From assembly GCA_964508195.1 (NCBI GenBank), contig CAZDSH010000001.1, positions 514 to 64,513 of the forward strand: a stretch of DNA of 64,000 nucleotides, given 5' to 3'. Below the pieces are notes generated by a model, which did not search any database, was not told the origin of the DNA, and worked only from the letters and a program-made list of their open reading frames with translations. Numbering within the stretch: position 1 is the stretch's first letter; each line of letters opens with the position of its first letter. Made by a program: the position numbers and the translations under genes. The stretch is from an uncultured Clostridiaceae bacterium (GTDB lineage: Bacteria > Bacillota > Clostridia > Ch29). This document shows positions 30,123 through 40,107 of this stretch, piece by piece.

Positions 30123-32087
30123 TTATAAAAAAGGATTAATATCCAATATAAGTGATACCTTTCCATCGCCTAATATAGTAGCCCCGGCTATATACCGTAT
30201 ACCGGATAAGTATTTGCCCAGGGATTTAATTACTATTTCCTGTTGCCCTATTAGCCTATCCACTATGGCTCCAGCTAGTTTTTCGCCCTTTCTTACTACC
30301 ACCATCGTCATCTCACCGTCGGTTTCGGTTTTATCTTTGAACCCCAGTTCCTGGGTAAGCCTAATAATAGGGAGGACTTTTCCCCTTAACAATACTGCTT
30401 CCTTATTCTGTACATTTTTTATGCCGGCCCTTTTTACGGTCACGATTTCCTTTATAGTATTTAAGGGTATAGCATAACATTGATCCGCTACGTTTACCAA
30501 AAGCGCCTGTATAATGGCCAGTGTCAAGGGCAATCTGATGATAAATTTACACCCTTGCCCCGGCCGGTTTTCTACTTCCATCGTCCCGCCTAGGCCCTCT
30601 ATTTTCGTTTTTACCACATCAAGGCCCACGCCACGGCCGGAGAGGTCCGAGACTTTTCCTACGGTAGTAAATCCCGTTAAAAACGTTTGTTCGATTAATT
30701 CCTCCTCGCTGAAGGTCTCGATCTGCTGTTTTTCATAGCGCCCCATCTGTATTAATTTCTCTTTAATCCTTTTAGTATCAATGCCCTTGCCATCGTCCTC
30801 TACCTCTATCACCACTGTATTACCATCATGGAATGCCCTCAGCACAATCCTGCCCGCAGGTGTCTTGTTAAGTTTTTTCCGTTCCTCTATCGGTTCTATA
30901 CCGTGATCTATTGAATTGCGTATAAGATGGATAAGGGGGTCTCCTATTTCGTCTATAACTGTCCTATCCACCTCGGTTTTTTCTCCGTACATCAGAAGCC
31001 TCGTATCCTTGCCTAGCTCCTTAGAAAGGTCCCTGACCATCCTGGGGAATCTGTTAAATATCCTTTCGATGGGTACCATCCTTACCTTCATAACGGCATC
31101 ATGTAAGTTTGTAGTGATCCTTTCAAGGTATTCCAGCGTTTCATCGGAGCCCGCTCTTCCACGGTTATCCCTATCCTCTTCCAGACGCGTTTTAATTATT
31201 ATAAGCTCGCTTACTAGATTCATCAAATTATCAAGCCTATCTATGTCCACCCGGACTGTTTTTCCCGTTATGCTTTTTATGCTCCGCTCCTTAACATAAT
31301 CACCATCCTGGACTTCTTCAAAGTGTATGTCTTCCTTTTCTTCGGGTATATACACTTCCCGTACCTTTATTTCCTCTAACCCGGATATAGAATCCAAACT
31401 TTTTTCTATGTCCCCCTGATCCTTGCCGGTTATTATTACGAGCTTAATGGTGCGATCAAACTTCTCGTCCTCGATATCCTCTACCGACGGAACCGATTTG
31501 ATAATATCCCCCTTCTTTTCTAGGGTATTAAATATTATGAAAGCCCTTGCGGATTTTAACATACAATCCTTATTAAGGCTTATCTCTATCATAAAACAAT
31601 TATACCCCTGTTGGCGGGCCTTATTTATTACAAAAACCTCGTGATCGTCCATCTTTATATCCTGATGGGCCCCATCCTTTCCGGTATATTTCTTAGCCAC
31701 CGATTCCTTTCCCTGCAGTTTGTGCAATCTCTTAATGAGGCTACTATTGTCCATATCCTGTTTTGGACCCTTCTTATCAATATTAGTAATGAACACCTGT
31801 AGCCTGTCCAGACATTCAAATAACAGATCTATTAGATCGGCATGCACCTTTAGTTTTTCCTTTCGTATCCCATCTAACAGGCTTTCCATTTCGTGTACTA
31901 ACTCCGCTATCCCAATGAACCCCATGGTAGCCGCCATACCCTTTAAAGTGTGGGATACCCTGAATATTTCGTTAAGTGTATCCTTATCCCGGGGATGTTT
32001 TTCCAGTTGTAACAAGCCATCGCTAAGACTCTCTAAATGATCGGCAGCCTCCTCAAGGAATGTATCAAGGAACTGATTTGTGTCCAT
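30123..32087 (-). CDS. cheA: chemotaxis histidine kinase CheA
   Basis: HPt motif HTLKGMAATMGF, N box HLIRNSIDHGIE, G1 DDGKGID, G2 GRGVGLDVVK, and a C-terminal CheW-like domain. Start set at ATG 32087, 9 nt after GGAGG. Confidence 0.96.
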   Translation of the reverse strand: MDTNQFLDTFLEEAADHLESLSDGLLQLEKHPRDKDTLNEIFRVSHTLKGMAATMGFIGIAELVHEMESLLDGIRKEKLKVHADLIDLLFECLDRLQVFITNIDKKGPKQDMDNSSLIKRLHKLQGKESVAKKYTGKDGAHQDIKMDDHEVFVINKARQQGYNCFMIEISLNKDCMLKSARAFIIFNTLEKKGDIIKSVPSVEDIEDEKFDRTIKLVIITGKDQGDIEKSLDSISGLEEIKVREVYIPEEKEDIHFEEVQDGDYVKERSIKSITGKTVRVDIDRLDNLMNLVSELIIIKTRLEEDRDNRGRAGSDETLEYLERITTNLHDAVMKVRMVPIERIFNRFPRMVRDLSKELGKDTRLLMYGEKTEVDRTVIDEIGDPLIHLIRNSIDHGIEPIEERKKLNKTPAGRIVLRAFHDGNTVVIEVEDDGKGIDTKRIKEKLIQMGRYEKQQIETFSEEELIEQTFLTGFTTVGKVSDLSGRGVGLDVVKTKIEGLGGTMEVENRPGQGCKFIIRLPLTLAIIQALLVNVADQCYAIPLNTIKEIVTVKRAGIKNVQNKEAVLLRGKVLPIIRLTQELGFKDKTETDGEMTMVVVRKGEKLAGAIVDRLIGQQEIVIKSLGKYLSGIRYIAGATILGDGKVSLILDINPFL

Positions 32088-32091
32088 GTCT

Positions 32092-33147
32092 TTACACCTC
32101 CAGACCCTTAAGAATTTCTTCACCGATACTGTCCAGATCCACTATTTTATCAATAAGCCCTTTTTTTATGGCAGCTCCCGGCATACCGAATACGATGGAA
32201 CTTTTTTTGTCTTGGGCTATAGCGAAGCTATCCCGTGTTTTTTTTAGCTTTGCCAGACCTGCCGAACCGTCGCTACCCATACCCGTCATGATCACGGCAA
32301 TAGTTTTAAAGGTATGGATATTGCTCAGGGATTCGAATAATACGTCCACCGACGGTCTATGCCCTGAAACCACAGCCCCATCGTCTAACTTTACCGTATA
32401 GTCCCTTCCCCGGTTATTGTCTTCTACTCGCATATGATACCCCCCCGGCGCTATATAACAGTAGCCCGCCCTAACTTTTTCTCCATGCCGCGCTTCCTTA
32501 ACGTTTAACCGGCATAAAGAATTCAGCCGTTGGGCGAAGGATTTCGTAAAGCCCGGGGGCATGTGCTGTACCACCATCACCGCCCCCGCGATATTCCCCG
32601 GTATAACCGGTAGTACTCGTTGTAATGCCTTTGGCCCGCCTGTGGACGAGCCTATGGCTACCATATACTTTATCGTGTCCCCGCATATTTTGTCCGTCGG
32701 CGATACCTTCAATATCGGTTTGACGCCGGGTTTATGTTTTTGTAGCTTTATCGTTGAAGCTACCATTATTTTTTGTTTAAGCTCCTCTGAAAACCTTGTT
32801 AAATCCTCCCCGGGGCCAATAGAGGGTTTTGTTATAAAATCCACTGCACCGATATCGAGGGATTGTATAGTTTCTATGGCCCCCCTTTTTGTATAACTGC
32901 TTATCATAATAACGGGGGTGGGCTTAGTTTCGATTATCGCCCTAAGGGCCTCTAAACCGTTCATACCAGGCATTTCTATATCCATAGTTACTACATCAAT
33001 GTCCCTTTGATTTAATATTTCGAGGGCTTGGGCTCCGTTTCCTGCAGAGGCAACAACTTTTATTTTGCTACTACGAGCCAGGATGCTTTTTATGACCCTT
33101 TGCATAAAAGCGGAATCGTCCACTACGAGAACTTTAATTTCGGCCAT
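32092..33147 (-). CDS. cheB: protein-glutamate methylesterase/glutaminase CheB
   Basis: N-terminal receiver domain (VLVVDDSAFMQ, TMDIEMPGMNG) and an esterase domain (GSSTGGPKAL, VVQHMP, GMGSDG). Confidence 0.95.
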   Translation of the reverse strand: MAEIKVLVVDDSAFMQRVIKSILARSSKIKVVASAGNGAQALEILNQRDIDVVTMDIEMPGMNGLEALRAIIETKPTPVIMISSYTKRGAIETIQSLDIGAVDFITKPSIGPGEDLTRFSEELKQKIMVASTIKLQKHKPGVKPILKVSPTDKICGDTIKYMVAIGSSTGGPKALQRVLPVIPGNIAGAVMVVQHMPPGFTKSFAQRLNSLCRLNVKEARHGEKVRAGYCYIAPGGYHMRVEDNNRGRDYTVKLDDGAVVSGHRPSVDVLFESLSNIHTFKTIAVIMTGMGSDGSAGLAKLKKTRDSFAIAQDKKSSIVFGMPGAAIKKGLIDKIVDLDSIGEEILKGLEV

Positions 33148-33797
33148 TAGATCAGTCCTTTTCGTTTTAACTTACTCTGTTCTTTGAATATATATCCTAT
33201 TATTTCGCTGCGCATTTTTTCATTTAGTCCTAAAAATTGAATACCTATTTCGTAGTTGTATTCCTTATTATATACGGCATTACTCCTTACTACCTTTGCT
33301 TTGATCGAGAACAGTTTGCCCTCTAATACCAGGCTACAAAATACGATACAGCCCTTTTCCAAATCCTTATCCGAGGCTAATCTCATACCCCCTGCACTTA
33401 AATCCAATGTACAACACTTAATGGTTTTCTTCCCATTTTCCGTAGAACAGTCTACATGCAAGAGAACTGGCAGGATTGTGCTAAGCCGATAATAGTCCCG
33501 CCTTTGGCTCTTTTTTAGCGGTGGGATTACACGTACTTTTAAACTTGGTATACGCCCGCCACTCCTACTGATGACCCGGCCTTTGAACTCGTAGATACCG
33601 TTTTCCTTATAGAACAAAATGTCTATTACTCCGCCGGGCCAAAGGGGTACTAATTTACCCCGTAGCATAGGCATTGCTATCGTAAGGATACCCCCATGGC
33701 AACCCCCTAACACCTGGCTTACCATCGAATATTGTTTTTTTGACTTTTTGTTTTTTGTTATAAGCAACTTCTCCCCTATGGTAACAGGAATATCCAA
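33147..33797 (-). CDS. PilZ-domain flagellar brake protein (YcgR/MotI-DgrA-like)
   Basis: 216 aa with a YcgR-like N-domain and a PilZ domain carrying both c-di-GMP motifs: RxxxR (QRRDYYR) and DxSxxG (DLSAGG). TTG start, 9 nt after AGGGAGGGGG. Confidence 0.85.
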   Translation of the reverse strand: MDIPVTIGEKLLITKNKKSKKQYSMVSQVLGGCHGGILTIAMPMLRGKLVPLWPGGVIDILFYKENGIYEFKGRVISRSGGRIPSLKVRVIPPLKKSQRRDYYRLSTILPVLLHVDCSTENGKKTIKCCTLDLSAGGMRLASDKDLEKGCIVFCSLVLEGKLFSIKAKVVRSNAVYNKEYNYEIGIQFLGLNEKMRSEIIGYIFKEQSKLKRKGLI

Positions 33798-33829
33798 TAT
33801 CGGAGTCCCCCTCCCTTTAAATAAACATT

Positions 33830-34753
33830 TTACGAAGGTTTCATAGATGTGTACAACCTAGAGATAAAGCCCCTTAGTCCCTCGGACTTTTGCTTGTAAT
33901 CCATATTATCCGCAATCCTTTGGGCAATTCTTTCTACATTTCTAGTAGCATCGCTTTTAGGAAAACCTATGGAAAAAGGAACCTGTAATTTTATAGCCCT
34001 GCTTACCGAAGGATCCCTTTTTAGGAAACCAAGGTTTTTAATTTCGGTGTTGATAAATTTATTAGCTGCGACATTTATTAACTTAAATGTATCCTCGGCC
34101 TCCTCGGGACTATCTGCAAAATTTGTAATTAACTTTACTTCGCAATCTTTATTGTTCAAACTTATTATCTTTAAAATGGCATAGGAATCGGTAATAGAAG
34201 TAGGCTCTGAATTAGTAACGATTATAACTTCCCTGGCAGCTAGAACGAACTCTATAACATTTCGTGAGATCCCTGCACCGGTATCCACTAGTATAAAATC
34301 AGCATAGCTATCCAAGGGAGATAAAATACTAAGCAGCCTATCAAGGTTTTGTCTGCTTAAGTAGGCCATTTCCATGATACCCGTACCGCCGGATAGAAAC
34401 TTTATACCCATAGGCCCATCAGTCATAGCATCCGTTAGGCCCAGCCCCGAATTAATGATATCGTACATGCTATATTTAGGTACTATGCCTAACATCACTT
34501 CGACATTTGCTAGCCCCAGGTCTCCATCAATAATTACGACTTTGTAGCCGCATTTTACGAGCTGTATCGCGATATTTATAGTAATACTCGTTTTGCCTAC
34601 GCCGCCCTTTCCGCTCGTTACGGCTATTAACCGTGCCTTTTTTTCGCTCTTTTTAGCGGAGCGATCTATTATGATCTCCGATTTTTCCCTAAGGCCCCTT
34701 ACTATCCGTCTGAGTTTTTCTGCCTGGTCAGCAGTTGGGTTGGGTTTAACCAT
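33830..34753 (-). CDS. flhG: MinD/ParA-type ATPase FlhG (YlxH)
   Basis: Deviant Walker A motif SGKGGVGKTS. Sits immediately downstream of flhF. Confidence 0.9.
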   Translation of the reverse strand: MVKPNPTADQAEKLRRIVRGLREKSEIIIDRSAKKSEKKARLIAVTSGKGGVGKTSITINIAIQLVKCGYKVVIIDGDLGLANVEVMLGIVPKYSMYDIINSGLGLTDAMTDGPMGIKFLSGGTGIMEMAYLSRQNLDRLLSILSPLDSYADFILVDTGAGISRNVIEFVLAAREVIIVTNSEPTSITDSYAILKIISLNNKDCEVKLITNFADSPEEAEDTFKLINVAANKFINTEIKNLGFLKRDPSVSRAIKLQVPFSIGFPKSDATRNVERIAQRIADNMDYKQKSEGLRGFISRLYTSMKPS

Positions 34754-34778
34754 CGTTATTTACCTCCCATTTATCCTG

Positions 34779-35885
34779 CTATTTAGCGCTTAATATAAGC
34801 GTGGCCATTTTTTCTCCGTCTACCTTTTCTATATCGTCAGGCACATTTTGCCCTGTAGTTATGTAGGATAGGGGTTTGCCTGCCTTTACGGCGATATTGA
34901 GCACGATACCCCTTGAAATGTTCTCATCTACTTTGCTGATCAATATTCTGTAATCCTTCAAAAAACTATAGCTGGACATAATATCTAAAACATTTCTATA
35001 ATTCGTTGTGGCGCTTATAACTAGGAACACTTGCTGGGTTTCTATCTCCCTTAACATCCTTTGCAGTTGCATAAGTCCCATCTTGTCCCTGTGGTTGCCC
35101 CCCGCCGTATCTATTAGTATAAGGTCCATATCCCTATAATCCTGCATTGTATCTACTATATCCTCAGCCTGGTAAATGACCTTTATAGGTATATTCATTA
35201 TCTCGCTATAGGTTCGAAGTTGTTCTACCGCCGCTATGCGATACGTATCGAAGGTTATAATTCCTACCCTTTTTTCCAAAGCCACTGCATAATGTGCCGC
35301 AAGCTTTGCAAGGGTAGTAGTTTTACCGACCCCCGTAGGCCCTACAAGGGTAGCGACGGTGGCCCGTCCTTCGGATAGGGTTATAGGCCTTACTTCATTA
35401 AAGTAAGAGGAAATTTCCCGTTTAAACCTATATCGAAGATAGTCGTAATCATAATTGAAATCCAAGTTTAATTTTGACTTAACGCCGTCTATTACCATCT
35501 TGATTATCTCGGGGTCGGTATCATTATTTCTCATCAACGTATAATAGGGGATGAGAATATCCGGCACCCCTCGGTTCCGGGCCTCATCGGGTAATCCGCT
35601 TACTATAACGTCCATAGCCGATTTAATGTAATCAACCTTCTGTTCCAAGGCACGGTACCCATTGCTCATTATCTGTGCAGTTATTCTAGGCTCCGGTTTT
35701 GTTTCCCGCTTTGTATCGTCTATGGCGGCTACGATCTCATATAATGGCTTTTTGAACATCCCCGTTAGCCCCTTACCAGGTTTTATTTTCCTACGATTCA
35801 ATATAACTGCGTTACTCCCCATTTCCTCCTTGACCCTACCTAGGGCCTCTTCTACCGTCGGCCCCACGTACCTTTTTACCTTCAT
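34779..35885 (-). CDS. flhF: flagellar biosynthesis SRP-type GTPase FlhF
   Basis: NG domain with GPTGVGKTTTLAKLA and DTAG. Confidence 0.92.
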   Translation of the reverse strand: MKVKRYVGPTVEEALGRVKEEMGSNAVILNRRKIKPGKGLTGMFKKPLYEIVAAIDDTKRETKPEPRITAQIMSNGYRALEQKVDYIKSAMDVIVSGLPDEARNRGVPDILIPYYTLMRNNDTDPEIIKMVIDGVKSKLNLDFNYDYDYLRYRFKREISSYFNEVRPITLSEGRATVATLVGPTGVGKTTTLAKLAAHYAVALEKRVGIITFDTYRIAAVEQLRTYSEIMNIPIKVIYQAEDIVDTMQDYRDMDLILIDTAGGNHRDKMGLMQLQRMLREIETQQVFLVISATTNYRNVLDIMSSYSFLKDYRILISKVDENISRGIVLNIAVKAGKPLSYITTGQNVPDDIEKVDGEKMATLILSAK

Positions 35886-37930
35886 TATGCGCTCACCATC
35901 CCCATGGATTGAATTTCTATACCGGGCTCTAACTCGTTATAGGATAATACTACTAACCCCGGTGCAAATTGTTCGGTAAGCCTCCTGAAATACAATCTCA
36001 CCATCGGCGAGGTCAGCACTATAGGCTGTTCACCTAATTCGTTGAATGCTTCTATATGCTTCGAAAGGCTGTTCATTATTTTATTCGTTATAGAGGGATC
36101 CAAGGTAAGATAGCTACCTTGTTCAGTTTGTTGCACCGAATCCATTATCCTATCCTCCAGGTCCTGGTCTAAGGTCACAACCTTCGCCCTCTCACCGGAA
36201 ACAAATTTTTTCGATATAGTCCTTACTAGAGATTGTCTTACATACTCTGTTAACATATCGGGATCCCGGGTTATCGGCGCATAATCCGCCAACGTCTCGA
36301 AGATGGTTACTAAATCCCTTATGGATATGCCCTCCTTTAATAGGTTAGCTAATACTTTTTGTACTTCACCGAAGGACATCTGCTTAGGAATAAGCTCCTC
36401 TACAAGGGTGGGATAATTCTCCTTTAGGTTATCCGCCAATTTCTTTACTTCCTGCCGGCCCAACAGCTCATGGACATGGGCCTTTATTATCTCCGTAAGG
36501 TGAGTGGATATAACCGTAGGCGGATCCACTACGGTATAGCCTAACAGTTCAGCCTTTTCCCTTTCGTCCTCTTTGATCCATTTAGCCGGCAACCCGAAGG
36601 CGGGCTCAGTAGTCTTCGTCCCATCTATTTCCCCCGTAGCGGTCCCCGGATCCATAGCGAGGAAACCGTCCATTACCAGCTCACCATCGGAAACCTCTAT
36701 ACCCTTTATCTTGATCCGATATTGACTTGGGCTGAGCTGTATATTGTCCCTTAGACGTATTATTGGAACTACCATACCAAGTTCTAAGGCTATTTGCCTT
36801 CTTATCATAACAACCCTGTCTAGGAGGTCGCCCCCTTGGTTGACATCGGCGAGGGGTATTATCCCATAGCCGAACTCTACTTCTATGGGGTCCACATGTA
36901 ACAGGCCCATAACATTTTCCGGTTTTCTCATCTCCTCTATATACGTCGGTTCCGGTTCTTTTTCCCCTTCGGCCTCCCTTATCCTTGCGGCCCTCCTTAT
37001 TGCATTACCCGATAGGGCCAGTATTGATGCCAGGGTATACAAAGGTATCTGGGGTAGTGCCGGAACAAGGCCCAGGGCCGCTAGTAGGCCCGCGGATAGA
37101 AACATAACCCGGGGATGGGCAAAAAGCTGATGCGTAACCTCGCTCCCTAAATTCCCCTCTGAAGCAGTTTTAGTTACTATTATTCCCGCGGAGGTGGATA
37201 TCAAAAGTGCCGGAATCTGGCTTACTAGTCCGTCTCCTACTGTAAGTAGCGTATAGGCCGACAGCGCACTTTGAAAATCCATTCCCCTTTGTACTATACC
37301 GATTACGAGGCCGCCGCTGATATTTATAAGGGTAATTATTATGCCGGCGATGGCATCGCCCTTTACGAATTTGCTAGCACCGTCCATGGCACCATAAAAG
37401 TCCGCCGCCTTTTCGATATTACGCCTTCTTTCCCTGGCCACGGATTCGTTTATAAGTCCGGCGTTTAAATCCGCATCTATAGCCATCTGTTTGCCGGGCA
37501 TCGCATCTAATGTAAACCTGGCGGCAACTTCGGCAACCCTTTCGGCGCCCTTCGTTATTACAATAAACTGAATTATTATGATGATCAGAAATATAATAAA
37601 TCCTACGACGGCGTTGCCGCTTACAACAAAATCACCGAAGGCCCTTATAACGTGCCCTGCATCCCCGTCCCTCAGTATAAGCCTTGTTGAGGATATGTTA
37701 AGGGATAACCTCAGCAATGTGGTAATAAGTAAAAGGGACGGAAATATGGAAAACTGTAACGGTTCACTGATATACATGGATATAAGCAATATAATAAGGG
37801 AAAGGGAAATATTCATCGTAAGAAGGAAATCAAGCATACCTGAAGGCAGCGGGATTATTATTATTATTACTATAGATACAACTACGATAGCTATAAACAT
37901 GTCTCCAAATTTCATATACATACACCCCAT
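35885..37930 (-). CDS. flhA: flagellar type III export gate protein FlhA
   Basis: 681 aa with the N-terminal TM domain (conserved FLIIIIIQFIVITKGAERVAEVAARFTLDAMPGKQMAIDADL) and the cytoplasmic ring domain. The true start is probably the Met at 37915 (MKFGDM...). Confidence 0.96.
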   Translation of the reverse strand: MGCMYMKFGDMFIAIVVVSIVIIIIIPLPSGMLDFLLTMNISLSLIILLISMYISEPLQFSIFPSLLLITTLLRLSLNISSTRLILRDGDAGHVIRAFGDFVVSGNAVVGFIIFLIIIIIQFIVITKGAERVAEVAARFTLDAMPGKQMAIDADLNAGLINESVARERRRNIEKAADFYGAMDGASKFVKGDAIAGIIITLINISGGLVIGIVQRGMDFQSALSAYTLLTVGDGLVSQIPALLISTSAGIIVTKTASEGNLGSEVTHQLFAHPRVMFLSAGLLAALGLVPALPQIPLYTLASILALSGNAIRRAARIREAEGEKEPEPTYIEEMRKPENVMGLLHVDPIEVEFGYGIIPLADVNQGGDLLDRVVMIRRQIALELGMVVPIIRLRDNIQLSPSQYRIKIKGIEVSDGELVMDGFLAMDPGTATGEIDGTKTTEPAFGLPAKWIKEDEREKAELLGYTVVDPPTVISTHLTEIIKAHVHELLGRQEVKKLADNLKENYPTLVEELIPKQMSFGEVQKVLANLLKEGISIRDLVTIFETLADYAPITRDPDMLTEYVRQSLVRTISKKFVSGERAKVVTLDQDLEDRIMDSVQQTEQGSYLTLDPSITNKIMNSLSKHIEAFNELGEQPIVLTSPMVRLYFRRLTEQFAPGLVVLSYNELEPGIEIQSMGMVSA

Positions 37931-37935
37931 AGATC

Positions 37936-39018
37936 TTAAGTGTTTTTGTTCACGCTATAAACGAAGGCCAGCACCTCGGCTACTGCCTGATAAAGGGCAG
38001 GGGGTATCATATCGCCTATTTCGGTAGTATCATATAAACCCCTTGCCAGCTCCGGATTTTCTACCGTATATACGTCATTTTCCTTAGCTAATTCTTTGAT
38101 CCTAAGGGCGATTAAGTTTTTGCCCTTTGCTAATACGTAGGGTGCTTTCGCTTTATCCGGATCATATTTTAAGGCCACTGCGAAATGTGTAGGGTTCGTA
38201 ATCACGACATCGGCCTTCGGTATATCGGCCATCATCCTTCGCATGGATATTTGCCTTTGTTTTTCCTTTATTTTAGCTTTAACCTGCGGATTACCCTCCA
38301 TCTGTTTATATTCTTCTTTGATCTCGTGCTTTGTCATCATTATACTTTTTTCGTATTCGTACCTTTGGTAGTAATAATCCATTATCGCCAACACCAAAAG
38401 TATAGCCCCGGCATAGATACCCGCCTGTATCATCGTAAAACCTATAGTTTTTGATAGCTCGATAACTTCCATGTCCAGCATCATCGGCAGGCCTTCGTAC
38501 CTATTGATCAAGAATTTATACATAAGGCACCCGATAATGGATACCTTCAACAGGGATTTTACAAGCTGCGCTAAGGAACGGCGGGAAAATATTCTTTTAA
38601 GCCCCTCTACGGGGTTTAATCTGCCTAGCTTTGGTTCCAAAGTCTTTGTGGTAAACACGAACCCCACCTGTAAATAGCTCGTTAAAAGCCCGATAAACAA
38701 AGCACTCCCTGCGATAGGAGCCAGGGATTTTAGGTACTCCGCAGCACTTATGGATATAAGGTTTTTTATGCCCTCTACGGAGAACATCCCGTCCTCAACA
38801 CCCATTGAAAGGATTCGTGCCGTATGATTTTTTAAATTTCCCAGGATAAAAGTTGCACAGATATAGAGCATAGAAAAACATCCTATCAAGACTAAGGCTG
38901 AATTGAGCTCCTTACTCTGGGGGATGTTACCCCTTTCCCGGGCATCCCTTCTTTTTTTTGGGGTGGCTTTTTCCGTTTTTTCTTCGGCGAAGAGCTGTAG
39001 GTCTATAAAATAATCCAT
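37936..39018 (-). CDS. flhB: flagellar type III export switch protein FlhB
   Basis: 360 aa, 4 TM, autocleavage motif NPTH (VVITNPTHFAVALKY). Confidence 0.95.
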   Translation of the reverse strand: MDYFIDLQLFAEEKTEKATPKKRRDARERGNIPQSKELNSALVLIGCFSMLYICATFILGNLKNHTARILSMGVEDGMFSVEGIKNLISISAAEYLKSLAPIAGSALFIGLLTSYLQVGFVFTTKTLEPKLGRLNPVEGLKRIFSRRSLAQLVKSLLKVSIIGCLMYKFLINRYEGLPMMLDMEVIELSKTIGFTMIQAGIYAGAILLVLAIMDYYYQRYEYEKSIMMTKHEIKEEYKQMEGNPQVKAKIKEKQRQISMRRMMADIPKADVVITNPTHFAVALKYDPDKAKAPYVLAKGKNLIALRIKELAKENDVYTVENPELARGLYDTTEIGDMIPPALYQAVAEVLAFVYSVNKNT

Positions 39019-39041
39019 CGGACTATACCTCTCCCCCCATA

Positions 39042-39818
39042 CTAAAGCCGTAACAATATTTTGTATATACTATCTGCGGTATTATGAAATATAACGTCCA
39101 TGATAATAGTGAAAACCGGAAGCATAATCATCATTGTAAATAATCCTATTATAATCTTAAGGGGCATTCCCACCATAAACACGTTCATCTGGGGCATTGT
39201 CCTTGCCAGTATGCCTAGGGCCACTTCAGTAAGGAATATCGCAGCCACTACCGGGGCGCTTATTTTGAAACCTATTATAAAAGTATCCCTAAGCATAGTA
39301 ACAAACTCCGCTACCGTTTCTTCGGAAATATGCATATTCCCTATAGGTACTACATCGAAACTTTGTGCCAGGGCTTTAATGAGCATTAGATGACCGTCCA
39401 TGGATATAAACGCAACGAGGGTAAATATATATAAAAAATTGCCCATTATCGGAACTTGTGTACTCGTCTGCGGGTCCAGTACGTTTACGATGCCAAACCC
39501 CGTTTTCATGTCTATTATTTGACCTGCGAAATATAGGGAAGAAAATATTACATGAGTCACAAAACCTATTATAAGTCCCACTATTATCTCCTTTATAATA
39601 AACAACGTAAGGATTGACAGATCACCCATCGGGTCATGATTAAGCTCCATGGTGGGTAACAGTACAATACTTAACATGAAGGCCAGCCCTACTTTAAAAG
39701 TTGCCGGTATATTTCTTCGACCGAATATCGGTGTTATGACAAATATTGCTGAACATCGTGCAAGGATAAGTAAAAAGACTTCGAACTTTACAACGAGTAG
39801 AGCAAAAGTGTTTAGCAT
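39042..39818 (-). CDS. fliR: flagellar export apparatus protein FliR
   Basis: 258 aa polytopic membrane protein in the conserved fliPQR order. Confidence 0.9.
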   Translation of the reverse strand: MLNTFALLVVKFEVFLLILARCSAIFVITPIFGRRNIPATFKVGLAFMLSIVLLPTMELNHDPMGDLSILTLFIIKEIIVGLIIGFVTHVIFSSLYFAGQIIDMKTGFGIVNVLDPQTSTQVPIMGNFLYIFTLVAFISMDGHLMLIKALAQSFDVVPIGNMHISEETVAEFVTMLRDTFIIGFKISAPVVAAIFLTEVALGILARTMPQMNVFMVGMPLKIIIGLFTMMIMLPVFTIIMDVIFHNTADSIYKILLRL

Positions 39819-39827
39819 GGCACTCCT

Positions 39828-40097
39828 TTAAAATACGAACGAATTTATACTGCTGAACAGCCGTGTAGTAAAATCTAAAATAACCCCTAACATCCATGGA
39901 CCAAATACGACTATAGAGAACAATACTGCAAGTATCTTAGGTATAAAAGTCAGGGTCGGCTCCTGTATCTGGGTGGTAGCCTGAAATATACTAACCACAA
40001 GCCCGACTAACAGTGCTAAACCCAATATAGGCGCTGCAATCAATATTATTGTGTACAATGCCTCCTGAGCAATGTCAAGTACTAGCCCTTCCGCCAC
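39828..40097 (-). CDS. fliQ: flagellar export apparatus protein FliQ
   Basis: 89 aa, 2 TM (...VSIFQATTQIQEPTLTFIPKI...). Confidence 0.92.
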   Translation of the reverse strand: MAEGLVLDIAQEALYTIILIAAPILGLALLVGLVVSIFQATTQIQEPTLTFIPKILAVLFSIVVFGPWMLGVILDFTTRLFSSINSFVF

Positions 40098-40107
40098 GGT
40101 CCCCCTC

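Noticed and set aside
32498-32686. Minus-strand nested ORFs: 32498-32686 (within cheB), 39694-39897 (across fliR/fliQ) and 46116-46298 (within flgE).
   Set aside because: They are out of frame within well-supported genes, show no SD, and have G/R/T-rich or otherwise implausible sequences.
33797-33803. Sigma-28-type -10 motif CCGATAT on the minus strand just upstream of the PilZ gene. Similar CCGATAT strings occur near 29086-29092 and 36254-36260.
   Set aside because: The first overlaps the PilZ TTG start and SD region. None has a TAAA -35 element at the required ~15-nt spacing, and the other two lie inside cheC and flhA coding sequence.
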